Below are positions 1-10,628 of a stretch of DNA of 64,000 nt, piece after piece. Position numbers and translations under genes: made by a program. Positions within the stretch are counted from its first letter, which is position 1, and the number at the start of each line of letters is the position of its first letter. A model generated the notes under the pieces. It saw only the letters and a program-made list of their open reading frames with translations. It was not told the DNA's origin and did not search any database. Source of the DNA: Candidatus Latescibacterota bacterium (GTDB taxonomy: Bacteria; Krumholzibacteriota; Krumholzibacteriia; WVZY01; JAKEHA01); the NCBI GenBank assembly GCA_963761125.1, contig CAVXFV010000013.1, forward strand, positions 24,748-88,747. Direction: 5' to 3'.

Positions 1-8
1 GTCCGGTC

Positions 9-1071
9 ATGAAAATGATTCAGAAATCACTGGCGTGCGGCGCGGTCGCGATGGTGGTGCTGCGTCGACGCTGGCCATGTCGGCGGCGCAGGCTGCGGAC
101 ATGTTCCCGAAAGGCGCGACCGATAAGGTGATACACCGACGCCTACACCAAGTACAAAGGCCTCAAGGAAGGCAAGAACGCCGACTACATCCCGGCGCTG
201 GCGAAGGTCGATCCCAACCTGTTCGGCATCGCGCTGGTCACCGCGGACGGCAAGGTCTACACCGCCGGCAACATCACGCACCGAGGTCTCGATCCAGTCG
301 ATCTCCAAGGTGTTCACGATGGCGCGGGTCATCAAGGAGACGGGGGAAGATGCGATTCTCAAGACCATCGGCGTCGACGCCACCGGGCAGCGGTTCAACT
401 CGATCGTGGCGATCGAGCGTCGTACAAGCTGGCGGCGGACAGGAGATGAACCCGCTGGTCAATCCGGGCGCGATCACCGCGACCAGCATGGTCACCGGCG
501 CCACCCGCCGACGAGGTGTGGGCGAACATCATCGGGACCTACAACGAGCTTCGCCGGTCGCCAGTTGACAGGTGCTCCAGGAGGTGTACAAGTCCGAGGC
601 CGACAGCAACCAGCGCAACCAGGCGATCGGCATGCTGATGTACGCGTACGGGTACATCAAGAGCAAGCCGCTGCAGGCCGTGGATCTCTATACGCGCCAG
701 TGTTCCGTCGGCGTCAACGCGAAGGACCTGGCCATGATGGCCGGCGACGCTGGCCTTCGGCGGCAAGAATCCCGTCACCGGCAAGCAGGTGATCGACACG
801 GCGTACGTACCCGAAGTACTCGCGGTCATGGCGACCGCCGGGCTGTACGACGACTCCGGCAAGTGGTTCTTTCGCGACCGGTCTTCCCGGCAAGAGCGGC
901 GTCGGTGGCGGCATCATCGCCGTAGCGCCAGGTAAGTTCGGGATCGCCGTGATCTCGCCGCCTCTGGACAACGCCGGCAACAGCATGCGCGCACAGAGAG
1001 CGATTGCAGACATCTCCAACGCGCTTGGCGGCAATCCGCTCGCTTCGATGGCACCCGCCGCGAAGAAGTAA
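9..1071 (+). pseudogene. glsA: Glutaminase A (GlsA-like, signal peptide), frame broken many times as assembled
   Basis: Start MKMIQKSLACGAVAMVVL at 9. Glutaminase blocks are spread over all three + frames: NADYIPALAKVDPNLFGIALVTADGKVYTAG; SIQSISKVFTMARVIKETGEDAILKTIGVDATGQRFNSIVAIE (ORF 310..792); EVYKSEADSNQRNQAIGMLMYAYGYIKSKPLQAVDLYTRQCSVGVNAKDLA (ORF 572..925); GLPGKSGVGGGIIAV. TAA at 1069-1071. Confidence 0.75.
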
Positions 1072-1138
1072 TAGCGCAACGGGGCCCGGTCCAACGACCG
1101 GGCCCGTGCTCTGGTATTGCCAAGAAAGGAAGATCCGC

Positions 1139-2498
1139 ATGAACTGGCTCCGCGTAACCATCTTCACCACGTTGCTCGCGACCACATTGATCGCCACCTC
1201 GTCGGCTCCGAGGGCGCAGGAAGTCACGGCCCCCCCCGACTCGACCGAGGTCAAGGCGGAAGAGCGCTACGGCAATTCGACCGCGGGCGAGTTCACGCCG
1301 GCGCGCGGGTTCGACATCTTCAAGTCGGACCACGGCAGTCTGAACATCAGCGTGTACGGAGTCTTCCGGTACCTCAACCAGATGCCCGGCGAGCAGACGT
1401 TCCAGGACCATCGGGCCGGACGCGCACGGTCAGACGCGCAACGATCTCAACTGGCACCGCACCATGATCTGGTTCTCCGGGTTCTTCTACGATTCGAAGT
1501 CCAGTACACGATCACGGTGCTTGGTCGCTGCCGACCACGCAGCAGGCGCTGGCCTTCGGCATCCTGCGCTACGCGGTGTCCAAGCCGCTCATCATGGCGT
1601 GGGCATGGGCCCCGAACCTGACCAACCGTTCGATGTCGGGAACGTGGCCGTTCTGGCCCGGCTCCCGACCGGATCATGGGAGAGAGAGGCGCTGCGCGCG
1701 GGCTTCTCGTCGTCGGTCTTCCTCACGGGCGAGCCGTCCAAAGGGCTCTACTACATGGCCTCGCTGACCAAGACAACCTGGGCCAGGCTCGGTGTGTGAC
1801 CGCCGCGAACGACACCCGGGACCTGGGCTACGGCGGGACCGTGTGGTGGATGCCCACGACCGGCGAGTCGGTCCGCGAGGCGGCTCGGCGATCTCGAAGA
1901 AAACACCCAGGGCGGTTGGCCACGCGTTTGGAGTGTCGGCGCTCATGGAAGGAATCGCCGCGCACCGATAGTTCGGTCGGCGCCCAATGAAACACAGGTC
2001 CGTCTCTCCGACGGCGTGTATGCATTCGAACAGGGAGCGCTCGCCGACAGCGTGACCGTCAACTACCTCACCTACGATGTGCTGACCTTCGATGACGCCT
2101 TCAAGTACAAGGGCTTTTCGTTCCAGGGCGAGCTATTGATGCGCAAGCTCTCCAAGGTCGAGGCCATCGATGTTCACCAGGGCGCCAACTACGGCCTGCC
2201 CGCTTCGGTTCCCGAGAGCTCGCTCACGGACAAGAGTCTGTACGGTTCGGCGGGACACATGACGTAAACAAGAAACTCACTCCCCTACGCCATCGGCTCG
2301 TACCTCTTCGACGACTTCAAACGCAATCCATGGGAAGCCGGCGGCGGCTTGAGTCTGTATCCCTACGGGAACCGCAGCTTGCGGTTCAACATGCACGTCC
2401 TGCACATCGACCGGAGTCCCGCGGGATCGAACTTTGGGTACTACACGGCCGGTCAGACCGGGACCACGTTCTCGCTCGGCGCCGACATTCTTCTATAG
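1139..2498 (+). pseudogene. Secreted outer-membrane beta-barrel (porin-like) protein, multiply frameshifted as assembled
   Basis: AAGGAAG RBS, then signal peptide MNWLRVTIFTTLLATTLIATSSAPRAQE (within ORF 1004..1621). Later fragments in shifting frames show alternating aromatic/polar beta-strand patterns (SLNISVYGVFRYLNQ, MIWFSGFFYDSK, VTVNYLTYDVLTFDDAFKYKGFSFQGELLMRKL), with a C-terminal ..GTTFSLGADILL then TAG at 2496-2498. Family not recognised. Confidence 0.4.
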
Positions 2499-2511
2499 GA
2501 GAGGCCCGAAC

Positions 2512-3671
2512 ATGAAGCTAACACGATTTCATTCCATGACGACGCTGGTCACCGGCGTCGCCATCTTCGGCGCGTCGTTAATGCCCGTGTCGGTGGCGGC
2601 ACAAACCTCGAAGGCGCCCGCGTACAAGTACAGCGACTCCCACTTTCACCTGACCAACTACGTCCAGGAGGGGACGCCCATCAGGGATTACGTCCGGATG
2701 ATGGGCACCACCGTCTGCACGCTCGACCCTCTTCGGGATCCCCCTTCAGCAGAGTGGGATTACAACAACTCGGGCAACTTCGCGCCGACGTACTATCTCC
2801 AGTCGGACGCGCCCCTGTACTACTACTCCTTCACCGACGCCTTCATCGCGATGGCCTACCGGTCGCTGACGGCTGAACAGCAGGCGCGGCTCGACCCGAT
2901 GATCACCGGCTTCAATCCGGCCGACATGTACGCCGCCGATCATGTCCGGCGGGTGTTGCTGACCTTTCCGGCGTCTTCCGGAATCGGGAGTTCACGATCC
3001 ACAAGGAGTTCGTCTCCTCCAAGATCGCCGGAGGCCCGGCGAGCCTGACCAATCCGGCCCTCGATCGGCTGCTCGACTTCGCGGGCGAGGCCGGCCTGGT
3101 GTCCTGCTCCACAACGACCTCAACATGCCGTTCCCCAAGACCGGGCAGGATCCCTACCTCCTGACCCAGATGAAGGACCTCTTCGAGCGGCACCCGAACA
3201 CGGACCATCATCTGGGCCCACGTCGGGCTGGGACGCGTCGTGCACCCGGTGCAGCATCAGGTCGCCAGCTCGGACGTGGCCTGGCAAACCCGAAGTTGGA
3301 GAACGTGTACGTCGACATTCGTGGGACGAGACCGCCAAGTGGATCACCTCGACTCCGGAAGGGCTCATAGAAGACGCCGCGCTGATCAACAAGTATCCCG
3401 ACCGGTTCCTGTTCGGCACGGACGTCGTGGCCCCGGAGAGCCTCGATGCGCCGATGGCGGTATACAACGCGTACGAGCCGTTGTGGAAGCATTCACGCCG
3501 GAAACGAAACAGAAGGTGTGCTTCGGCAACTACCAGCGGCTCTTCGACGCCGCACGCATGAAAGTGCGGGCGTGGGAGAAAGCCAACGTAGGCAAGCCCG
3601 GCGTGATCCCGCCTCCCCACCCCGGTTTCGGGCTACCAGCCCACCGGCAACCGGTAACCATCCACTCGTGA
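2512..3671 (+). pseudogene. Secreted amidohydrolase-family (TIM-barrel metal-dependent hydrolase) protein, frameshifted as assembled
   Basis: AGGAGAGG RBS before ATG 2512. Signal peptide MKLTRFHSMTTLVTGVAIFGASLMPVSVAAQ, then YSDSHFHL (HxH metal motif). Later pieces lie in other frames (LLHNDLNMPFPKTGQDPYLLTQMKDLFERHPNT.., DRFLFGTDVVAPE.., FTPETKQKVCFGNYQRLFDAARMKVRAWE). Stop at 3669-3671. Confidence 0.55.
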
Positions 3672-3680
3672 ACAGCGGCG

Positions 3681-6207
3681 TTAGCGCGGGCCGAACGCCG
3701 GCCCGCGCTTGCGCAGTTTGTCGACGCGCTGGCGGAGTTTCTTCTCGAGCGTGACCGGGAGTTGCGTCGAGTCGACGAGCTTGCGCAGGTCTTCCCCGTC
3801 GCGAACCATTTCCGCGCTACCGGCGCTCGCGCGCACACTCGGCCGATACGCCTCGCGTCCGAGAAGGTGATGCAGGATCGACTTCGCGGCTTCCTTGTCC
3901 GGGATCAATCCGCGCGCGTTGACATCCGGGTCGAGGTGCGAGTACGGCGGAAGCGGTGAGCCCACGCACGACGGACAGCCGCCGCCGCACGCGCACGTGT
4001 CGAGCAGCTCCAGACACGCGACCAGAATCTCGTCGATCAGTTCGTAGGCCTTGAGCGCGAAGCCCAGTCCACCCGGGAAGCGGTCGTGCACGAAGATGCC
4101 GGGCGCATTGGCGGCGGACGAATCCACCGACGCGCCCACGTCCATCGTGTCGCACATCGCGTACAGCGGAATCACCTCGCGGATCACGTTGGAGATACCG
4201 AGCAGTCCCTCGCGTGGCACGCGCCCCGCGGCCTTCGCCAGCGCGTACGCTTCCGGGGAGCTGTGCGGCAGGATCCACATGCCCGTGGTGTCGAGCGTCT
4301 GCGGCGGCAGGTCGAGCGCACCAAACCCCAAGGAGTCGCGGTTCCCAACTTGATCTTCTTGAACATGTAGGTGACCGACGTCACGGACAGATCGCCCCAG
4401 TAGATTCCGCTCGCGTGCTCGCTCTTGTGCAGTTCTTCGTTCTCGATCTTGATCTTGGTCTCGGTGATCGACTGCGTGTAGTAGTCGGTGTCCTCTTTCT
4501 GCACCCACGCGATCTTCTTGCGGACATCCAGTTCGTTGACGAAGTAGGTCTCGCTGCCGTGGATGTAGATGGCCTGCGGGTGGAGCTGCTGGAAGGCGCC
4601 GGCCTCGTCGATGGTGCCGATGACGCGGCTGTGGTCGTTGGGAATCGGCCTTGAGTCCGTCGGCCGCCATCGCCGCCGACGTTCCGATCATGATGGTGTA
4701 CACGTCGTCGCCGATGTTGCGCAGGCTCACGTCGGCGCTGGGGTAGTTGGGTCCGCTCCAGAAGCACTGCCCGCCCTGGCTCGGCGCACCTGGCGTCGTC
4801 CTCGAGCAGCTTGAGAATCGGACTGCAGTAGTCGCCGAACTCCTGCCAGTCTTCCTTGCGAATCGGCAGTTCGAAGGCCGCCGCGCGCACGTGGTTCAAC
4901 ACGCGACGCGCGCGTTCAGCGGATCGATCACCGCGTTCTCGGGCGAGCGGCCGAAGAAATAGTCCGGATGCTTGGCCATGTACTGGTCGATGGGCGAGTC
5001 GTACGGCAATAGCACCACCAGTGACGGATCGGCGCCGCGGCCGGCGCGTCCCGCCTGCTGCCACGTGCTCGCGATCGAGCCCGGGTAACCGACCAGCAGC
5101 GCGGCTTCCATGCTGCCGATGTCGATGCCCAGTTCCAGCGCGTTGGTGCTGACCACCCCGCGCAGTTCGCCCGAGAACAACGCGCGCTCGATCTGGCGAC
5201 GCTCCTCCGGAGATCCGCCCCGGTACGACTTGATCAGCTTCGCGCGCCTTGGCGAGATACGCGACGCGAACTCCTGCGCGTAGCGCGCGACGATTTCTGC
5301 TTAACCACCCGCGCTCGCACGAACGCGATCGCCTGGTGATCCTCCGAAACCAGTTCGGAGAGAATACGCGCCGCCTCGACGTTGGCGCTCTTGCGCTCCA
5401 CGCGGCCGCCGCCGAAGAACGGCGGATTCCAGATGACGAACGCCTTGGGTCCGCGCGGCGACCCGTTGTCGTCGACCACCGCCATCGTGCGTCCGGTCAG
5501 ACGTCGGCGAGTTCGCGGGGGTTACGGATGGTGGCGGACGAGCACACAAATGTCGGCGATGCCCCGTAGTGTTCGCAAATACGATTCAATCGTCCGAGCA
5601 CGTGCGCCACGTTGGAACCGAACGTTCCGCGATACGAATGCACTTCGTCGACCACGATGTACTTCAGTTTCGCGAGGAACCGCGCCCATGTGCCATGGTT
5701 GGGCAGGATGCCCGAATGCAGCATGTCCGGATTGGTCAACAGGACGTTGGCCTCGTTCTTGAGCTTGCGGCGCGCGTTGGGCGGCGTGTCGCCGTCGTAC
5801 GTGCCGGTGATGAGCGGCAAAGACGGGTCGGCGTCGAGGTAGCGCGTCAGCGTGCGCAGTTGATCCTGCGCGAGCGCCTTGGTCGGATACAGATAGAGCG
5901 CGCACGACCCTGGGTCGGAGAGGATCGATTCCAGCACGGGCACGTTGTAGCAGAGCGTCTTACCGCTCGCGGTCCCGGTGACGACCACGACGTGCTCGCC
6001 CGCGCGCGCATGACGAATCGCCTGCGCCTGGTGCGTGTAGAGGCGTTCGATTCCATCGGCGCCGATCGCCGCCGCGATGCGCGGTTGTACCGGCGGGTCG
6101 AGTGTCGCGAAACGCGCGGCGCGTTCGGGCAAGCGCTCGACGCGCACGATCTGCCCGTCGTACCACTCCGATGATTCCAGATGTTTGAGAAACTTCTCGA
6201 CGTTCAT
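3681..6207 (-). pseudogene. mrfA: DEAD/DEAH-box helicase with C-terminal DUF1998/4-Cys domain (YprA/MrfA family), about 7 frame changes as assembled
   Basis: ORF 5497..6207 carries ..[103 protein letters not shown] 4896..5180 carries VVSTNALELGIDIGSMEAALLVGYPGSIASTWQQAGRAGRG. The C-terminus (ORF 3681..4730) has DRFPGGLGF..CACGGGCPSCVGSP. The whole length is collinear with B. subtilis YprA from memory. Confidence 0.8.
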
Positions 6208-6258
6208 CGCATCCCATCCCGGCGGCGGAGACCGCGCAGGGATGCGCGTCCGTCGCGA

Positions 6259-7424
6259 TCAGAAGGCCTCGTGAGGCGGGTTCGGCGGCGACATGGTATC
6301 ACCGGACGGCGGCGCGGCAAACCGATTTTCCTGCGGTGCCATTTCCTCCGCGTTACCGGCGCCGCCCGCCCCGACCGGTGCCACGTCCGACCGGGTGACC
6401 ATGTGATTGAGAATCACCGCCATGGTGAACACGTCCATGCGGTTGTGGTAGACGACGTTGCGCATGACGCGCGCGTCCTTACTGCGGACGAACTCGTGGT
6501 ACGCGCGCGGGATGAACCGGCTCGGAATATCGTCGACGCGCCCGACGCCGCGCAGGTGTTCCTCGACGGTGACCAGCCGGCAGTTGGGGAGCGTCGGCCG
6601 GAACACCCGGCGTGCGGCGTGCAACAGGTCGACCGACCCACCGGCTCGACGTCGGGAATCCGGTGCACCGTCATGCGCGTCCGCAGAAACGGCAAGTCGA
6701 ACGCGGCGCCGTTGTAGGTCACCACGGTGTCGAAGCGTTCCAACGTCGATCGCACGTAGCGGAGCAGTCCTTCTTCTTCGGTATAGTCGCGCGCGAACAC
6801 CTGTTCGACGCGGAACTCTCCCTCGGCCCAGTACATCAATCCCACGAGAAACACGTACGTATTCGCCGACAGCCCGGCGGTTTCGATATCGAGAAAGAGA
6901 ACCGACGACGGCGACGCTTCGCCCGTGACCTCGACCGACTCGCGCACGCCGTAGATCGGTTGCGCGCCGATGCGAGTGTAAAACGTTGCCGATGGCCACG
7001 AACGAAACGCAGCGAACCGAGATGCCTGCTCCGACGCGGTTGTATCGATGGCGTCGCCCGCCGCCCGAATCAGATAGAACGCGGACTCGTCGGCGACTTG
7101 CGGTTCGCCCGGAACCGCCTCTTCGATCGGCACCGCGGCCTCGTCCCCGAACGAACTCAGCAGTCGTTGAAATGCGCCTTCGTAGCCGTATTCGTTGCTG
7201 GCGCGGACCTCGCGACGGCGGCGCCACCACGCGAAGCGCGGTGGCTTGCGCGACGCCTCGAATTCGGCGCCACGGACGACGGCGCCGGTCTTCACCACGG
7301 CGTCGACGATTTCGTTGGAGGTGTCCCGGGTTTCCGGCAGCGGTGTGTCGGCGGCGGCCCGGCTGGCGATTGCCAGCGCGCGAGCCTTGATCTGGGCGAG
7401 TTGTTTCTTAAGAAGATTCTCCAT
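6259..7424 (-). CDS. mrfB: RNase H-fold (DEDD-type) exonuclease, YprB/MrfB-like; one frameshift near 6633-6640
   Basis: ORF 6414..7424 carries ..VLFLDIETAGLSANTYVFLVGLMYW..TVVTYNGAAFDLPFLRTRMTVHRIPDVEPVG. It continues in ORF 6259..7230 as GSVDLLHAARRVFRPTLPNCRLVTVEEHLRGV..DIPSRFIPRAYHEFV. The gene lies directly upstream of the mrfA-like helicase on the same strand. Confidence 0.65.
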
Positions 7425-7439
7425 GACGCCGTTGTTCTT

Positions 7440-7468
7440 ATTCTAGTCTCCCCTCCCGATTGCGACCA
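7440..7468 (-). promoter_or_regulatory. Candidate sigma70-type promoter for the mrfB-mrfA unit (TGGTCG-N17-TAGAAT)
   Basis: Minus strand reads TGGTCG (7468..7463), a 17-nt spacer, then TAGAAT (7445..7440), 15 nt before the mrfB ATG at 7424. Hexamer pattern only. Confidence 0.3.
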
Positions 7469-7507
7469 CGAGAATCCGGTGCGCGCATCGCGAACGCCCG
7501 CGCGGGG

Positions 7508-7536
7508 TTGTCGGTCGGACCCGCATTGGGTATACT
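7508..7536 (+). promoter_or_regulatory. Candidate promoter (TTGTCG-N17-TATACT) for the M14 peptidase; would give a leaderless or near-leaderless mRNA
   Basis: TTGTCG at 7508-7513, a 17-nt spacer, then TATACT at 7531-7536. The first ATG (7543) is 7 nt after the -10 element. Confidence 0.35.
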
Positions 7537-9875
7537 TTGCGGATGAAAACCTCCTTTCGTATTGCCCATCGTCGTCGTCGTTGGATCGTGGGACCCGCAG
7601 CCACGCTCTCGGCTCTCATCCTTTTCCCGATTTTTGCCTTCGCCGGTTCCTCGGTCGTCACCATTCCGCTCAAGGGGCCGCGACAGATCGAGGAGATCCG
7701 CGCCCAGGACATCGAAATTCTGGCGTTCACGAAGGTCGGAGCCGACCTGCTCGTCGACGACGCGCAGCTCGCGTGGCTGCGGTCGCGGCCATACCCGTCG
7801 ACCGTGATTCAGTCGGACACGGGCGCCCTCGCGCCCCACGCGGTGGCGGCGCTCGACGCCAACCTAGGGCAGTACCATACCTACGCGGAGACCGAATCGA
7901 CACTGACCGCCCTCGCCGCGGCCTATCCCGCGATCGCGCAGAAATCGCTGGTCGGGTTGAGCCTCGAGGGCCGCAATATTTCGGTGCTCAAGATTTCCGA
8001 CAACGTCACCGTCGATGAAGCCGAACCCGAGGTTCTTTACATCGGCGATCACCACGCGCGCGAGTTGATGAGTGTGGAGATTCCGCTCCGGTTCGCCGAG
8101 TACCTGCTCGCCAACTACGGCGTGGATTCGGATGTGACCAACTACATCGACAACCGCGAGATTTCATCATTCCGATGGTGAATCCCGACGGGCACTACTA
8201 CGTGGAGTTGAACCACGCGGGCAGTTCCAACTCGTGGTGGCGCAAGAACCGGCGGGACAACGGCAACGGGACGTACGGCGTCGATCTGAACCGGAACTAC
8301 AGTTTCGAATGGGGCTACGACAACGTCGGCTCGTCGCCGTCGACGGCCAGCGAGACCTACCGGGGATCCGGGCCGTTCTCGGAACCCGAAACGCAGGCCA
8401 TCCGCGATTTCGTGACCGCGCATTCGTTCACGACCTGGCTCTCCTATCACAGCTACGGCGAGTTGCTGCTGTATCCCTGGGGCTATATCTACGGCAATAC
8501 GCCGGACCAAGACGTCTACGAGGCGCTGGGCGATTCGCTCGTTCAGGAGAACGGCTACCTGGCGGGCAATCCCGCGAGCGGCGCGATCTACATCACCAAC
8601 GGCGATTCCGACGACTGGGGCTACGGTCAGCAGTCGAGCAAGAACAAGATCTTCGCGTTCACACCGGAGATCAACAGCTCGGCGCAGGGCGGTTTCGGGC
8701 CGGCGGAATCGTATATCCAGCCGACGTTCGATCTCCTGCTCCCGATGAACCTCAAGCTGTTGAAATTCGCGGGTAACCCCTATCAGGTGGTTGGCCCATA
8801 CCAACCCTCGCAGTACGCGACCGGCTCGCCGTACGGCAACGGGATCACGCACCTGTCGTGGACGGCTCCCGATCCCGTCGATCCCAATCCGACGACGCAC
8901 TATGAGATCGAGACCTGCCGGAATCCGTCGTTCTTCAGCGACTCGGCCTCGCCGGGCCTCACGGGCTGGGTGTCGAGCGGTTTCTCCTACACGGCGTCGG
9001 GGTTCAGCGGTGGCGGATATTTTTCCGGTAACGCCAACAGCGCGTCGCACACGCTGGTGATGGCCCGGCCGTTCATCGTGGATGCGGCCAGCGACACGCT
9101 CAGTTTCAAGATCACGTATAACGTCGAGAGCAACTACGACTACGGCTACGTCGACGTCAGCACCGATCAGGGCCAATCGTGGACGCCGATCGCGGGCAAC
9201 ATCACGACCGCGTTCAATCCGTACGGCAACAACCGCGGCTTCGGGTGGACCGGGTCGTCGCCCGGATGGGTAAGCGCGACTTTCCCGCTGACCGCTTACC
9301 TTGGCCAGGAGATCATGCTCCGTTTTGCGTACATCACCGACGGCGCGTTCCTGGGAACGGGCTTCTCCATCGACAACATCAACCCGGTTTCGACGTGCGC
9401 GAGCCTTTCGACGATCGCGTCGGCGTCGGCGGACACCACCTATGACTTCGTCCCGCCGTTGACCGGCGTGTGGCGGTTCCGCGTTCGCGCGCTCGACGCC
9501 GACAACCAGGCCAGCCGCTGGAGCAATTCGCGCGACGGAACCGTGTCGACCCTGACCGCCGCGAACGCGCCGCGGGCGTACGAGACCGGTCTCGGGGCGA
9601 ACTATCCCAATCCATTCAATCCGTCGACGCACATCCCCTACGTCGTCGGCGGAACATCCGGCGCGGCGTCGGTTCGGGTCACGCTGACGATCTACTCGGT
9701 CACCGGCGCGCGCGTGGCGACGGTCGTCGATGCGGCGCGGCGGCCCGGAACATACGTCGCGCAGTGGGACGGATCGACCGTGGGCGGACGTCCGGTGCCG
9801 TCCGGCATCTACTTCGCCCGCCTGGTCGTGGACGGGACCCCCGCCCAGACTCGGAAGCTGGTACTATTGAAATAG
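7537..9875 (+). CDS. Secreted M14 zinc carboxypeptidase with C-terminal FlgD-Ig-like / T9SS-type sorting domain; one frameshift at about 8162-8164
   Basis: ORF 7537..8181 (TTG; ATG at 7543) has a signal peptide and GDHHARELMS (HxxE). ORF 8175..9875 has MVNPDGHYY..WRKNRR..GVDLNRNY..SYHSYGELLLYPWGY. The junction reads NREI(F)IIPMVNPDG if ttt is restored to tttt. The C-terminus is NYPNPFNPSTHIPY..LTIYSVTGARV..WDG..SGIYFARLVVDG..RKLVLLK, then TAG. Confidence 0.85.
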
Positions 9876-9898
9876 CGCCCCAAAGGAGATGATCGGCG

Positions 9899-10363
9899 AT
9901 GTCAAGACGGTTGCCTGGCGTGCTCATGGCCTTGATGATGACGGCGACGCCCGCCCTGGCGAACACTTGGGTTGCCACCGCCGTCGGCCTGGGAACCGGC
10001 GGTACGGTTCGGGTCAACGTGAGTCTTTCTTCCGACTTCGAGCGCATCAATTGTGGACCCGCGCCGTGTCGCACGACGTGGTTCGTGGACCTCTACGTCG
10101 CCCCGCCCGTCTCCGGCACCACGCACTACATGTTATCGAAGGAATCGGCGCAGGCCGGGATTGAACTGCTGCTGTCACCCGGAGTCGAGTATTCGTTCTC
10201 CGGATCGTACATGTGGGTCGACTTCCGCCCCGATCACCTCGGGGCATGCGTCGAGATCAGCTGCCAGGGAAACGTTCCCACGGAGACGACCCTGTTCACG
10301 CCCACGATGCCGCTCGCGATCCGGAATTCGACCTGGGGTGCCATCAAAGCCCTGTATCGTTGA
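9899..10363 (+). CDS. Hypothetical small secreted Cys-containing protein
   Basis: Intact 154-aa ORF with signal peptide MSRRLPGVLMALMMTATPALA. Composition is not Arg-skewed. Ends ..NSTWGAIKALYR. No family recognised. Confidence 0.5.
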   Translation: MSRRLPGVLMALMMTATPALANTWVATAVGLGTGGTVRVNVSLSSDFERINCGPAPCRTTWFVDLYVAPPVSGTTHYMLSKESAQAGIELLLSPGVEYSFSGSYMWVDFRPDHLGACVEISCQGNVPTETTLFTPTMPLAIRNSTWGAIKALYR

Positions 10364-10442
10364 GAAAGACCTTGGGGCGCCGCTCACCGCGGCACTACAA
10401 TAGACTCACGGCGGCAATCCGCGATTCGCCGCCCCTGACGAG

Positions 10443-10479
10443 ACCGCCGGTCGCTCATGCGATCGGCGGTTTCGGTTTT
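10443..10479 (+). terminator. Intrinsic terminator-like hairpin plus T-rich tract
   Basis: A 12-bp GC-rich stem, aCCGCCGGTCGC (10443-10454) pairing with GCGATCGGCGGt (10459-10470; one G-T wobble), with loop TCAT (10455-10458). It runs into TTTCGGTTTT, about 80 nt after the stop of 9899..10363. Confidence 0.5.
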
Positions 10480-10628
10480 CGGGGATCCCGTCCCGAGGCC
10501 TCATCCAGGGAATGGAAGTTGCACTGTCCCCGGCGGAGCCAAAAAAGCGCTTGCCTCGACCGGCCGAATGGCCGACTATCGGGAACGCAGGCCTCGTAGT
10601 AACTCCATACAAATATTTGGATTAGCTA

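Noticed and set aside
3681-6207. DUF1998 helicase as the core of a DISARM/Dpd-like defence system.
   Set aside because: It is collinear with YprA/MrfA and paired with a YprB-like exonuclease. No methyltransferase, PLD or DUF1998-only partner gene is adjacent. The neighbours are metabolic and peptidase genes.
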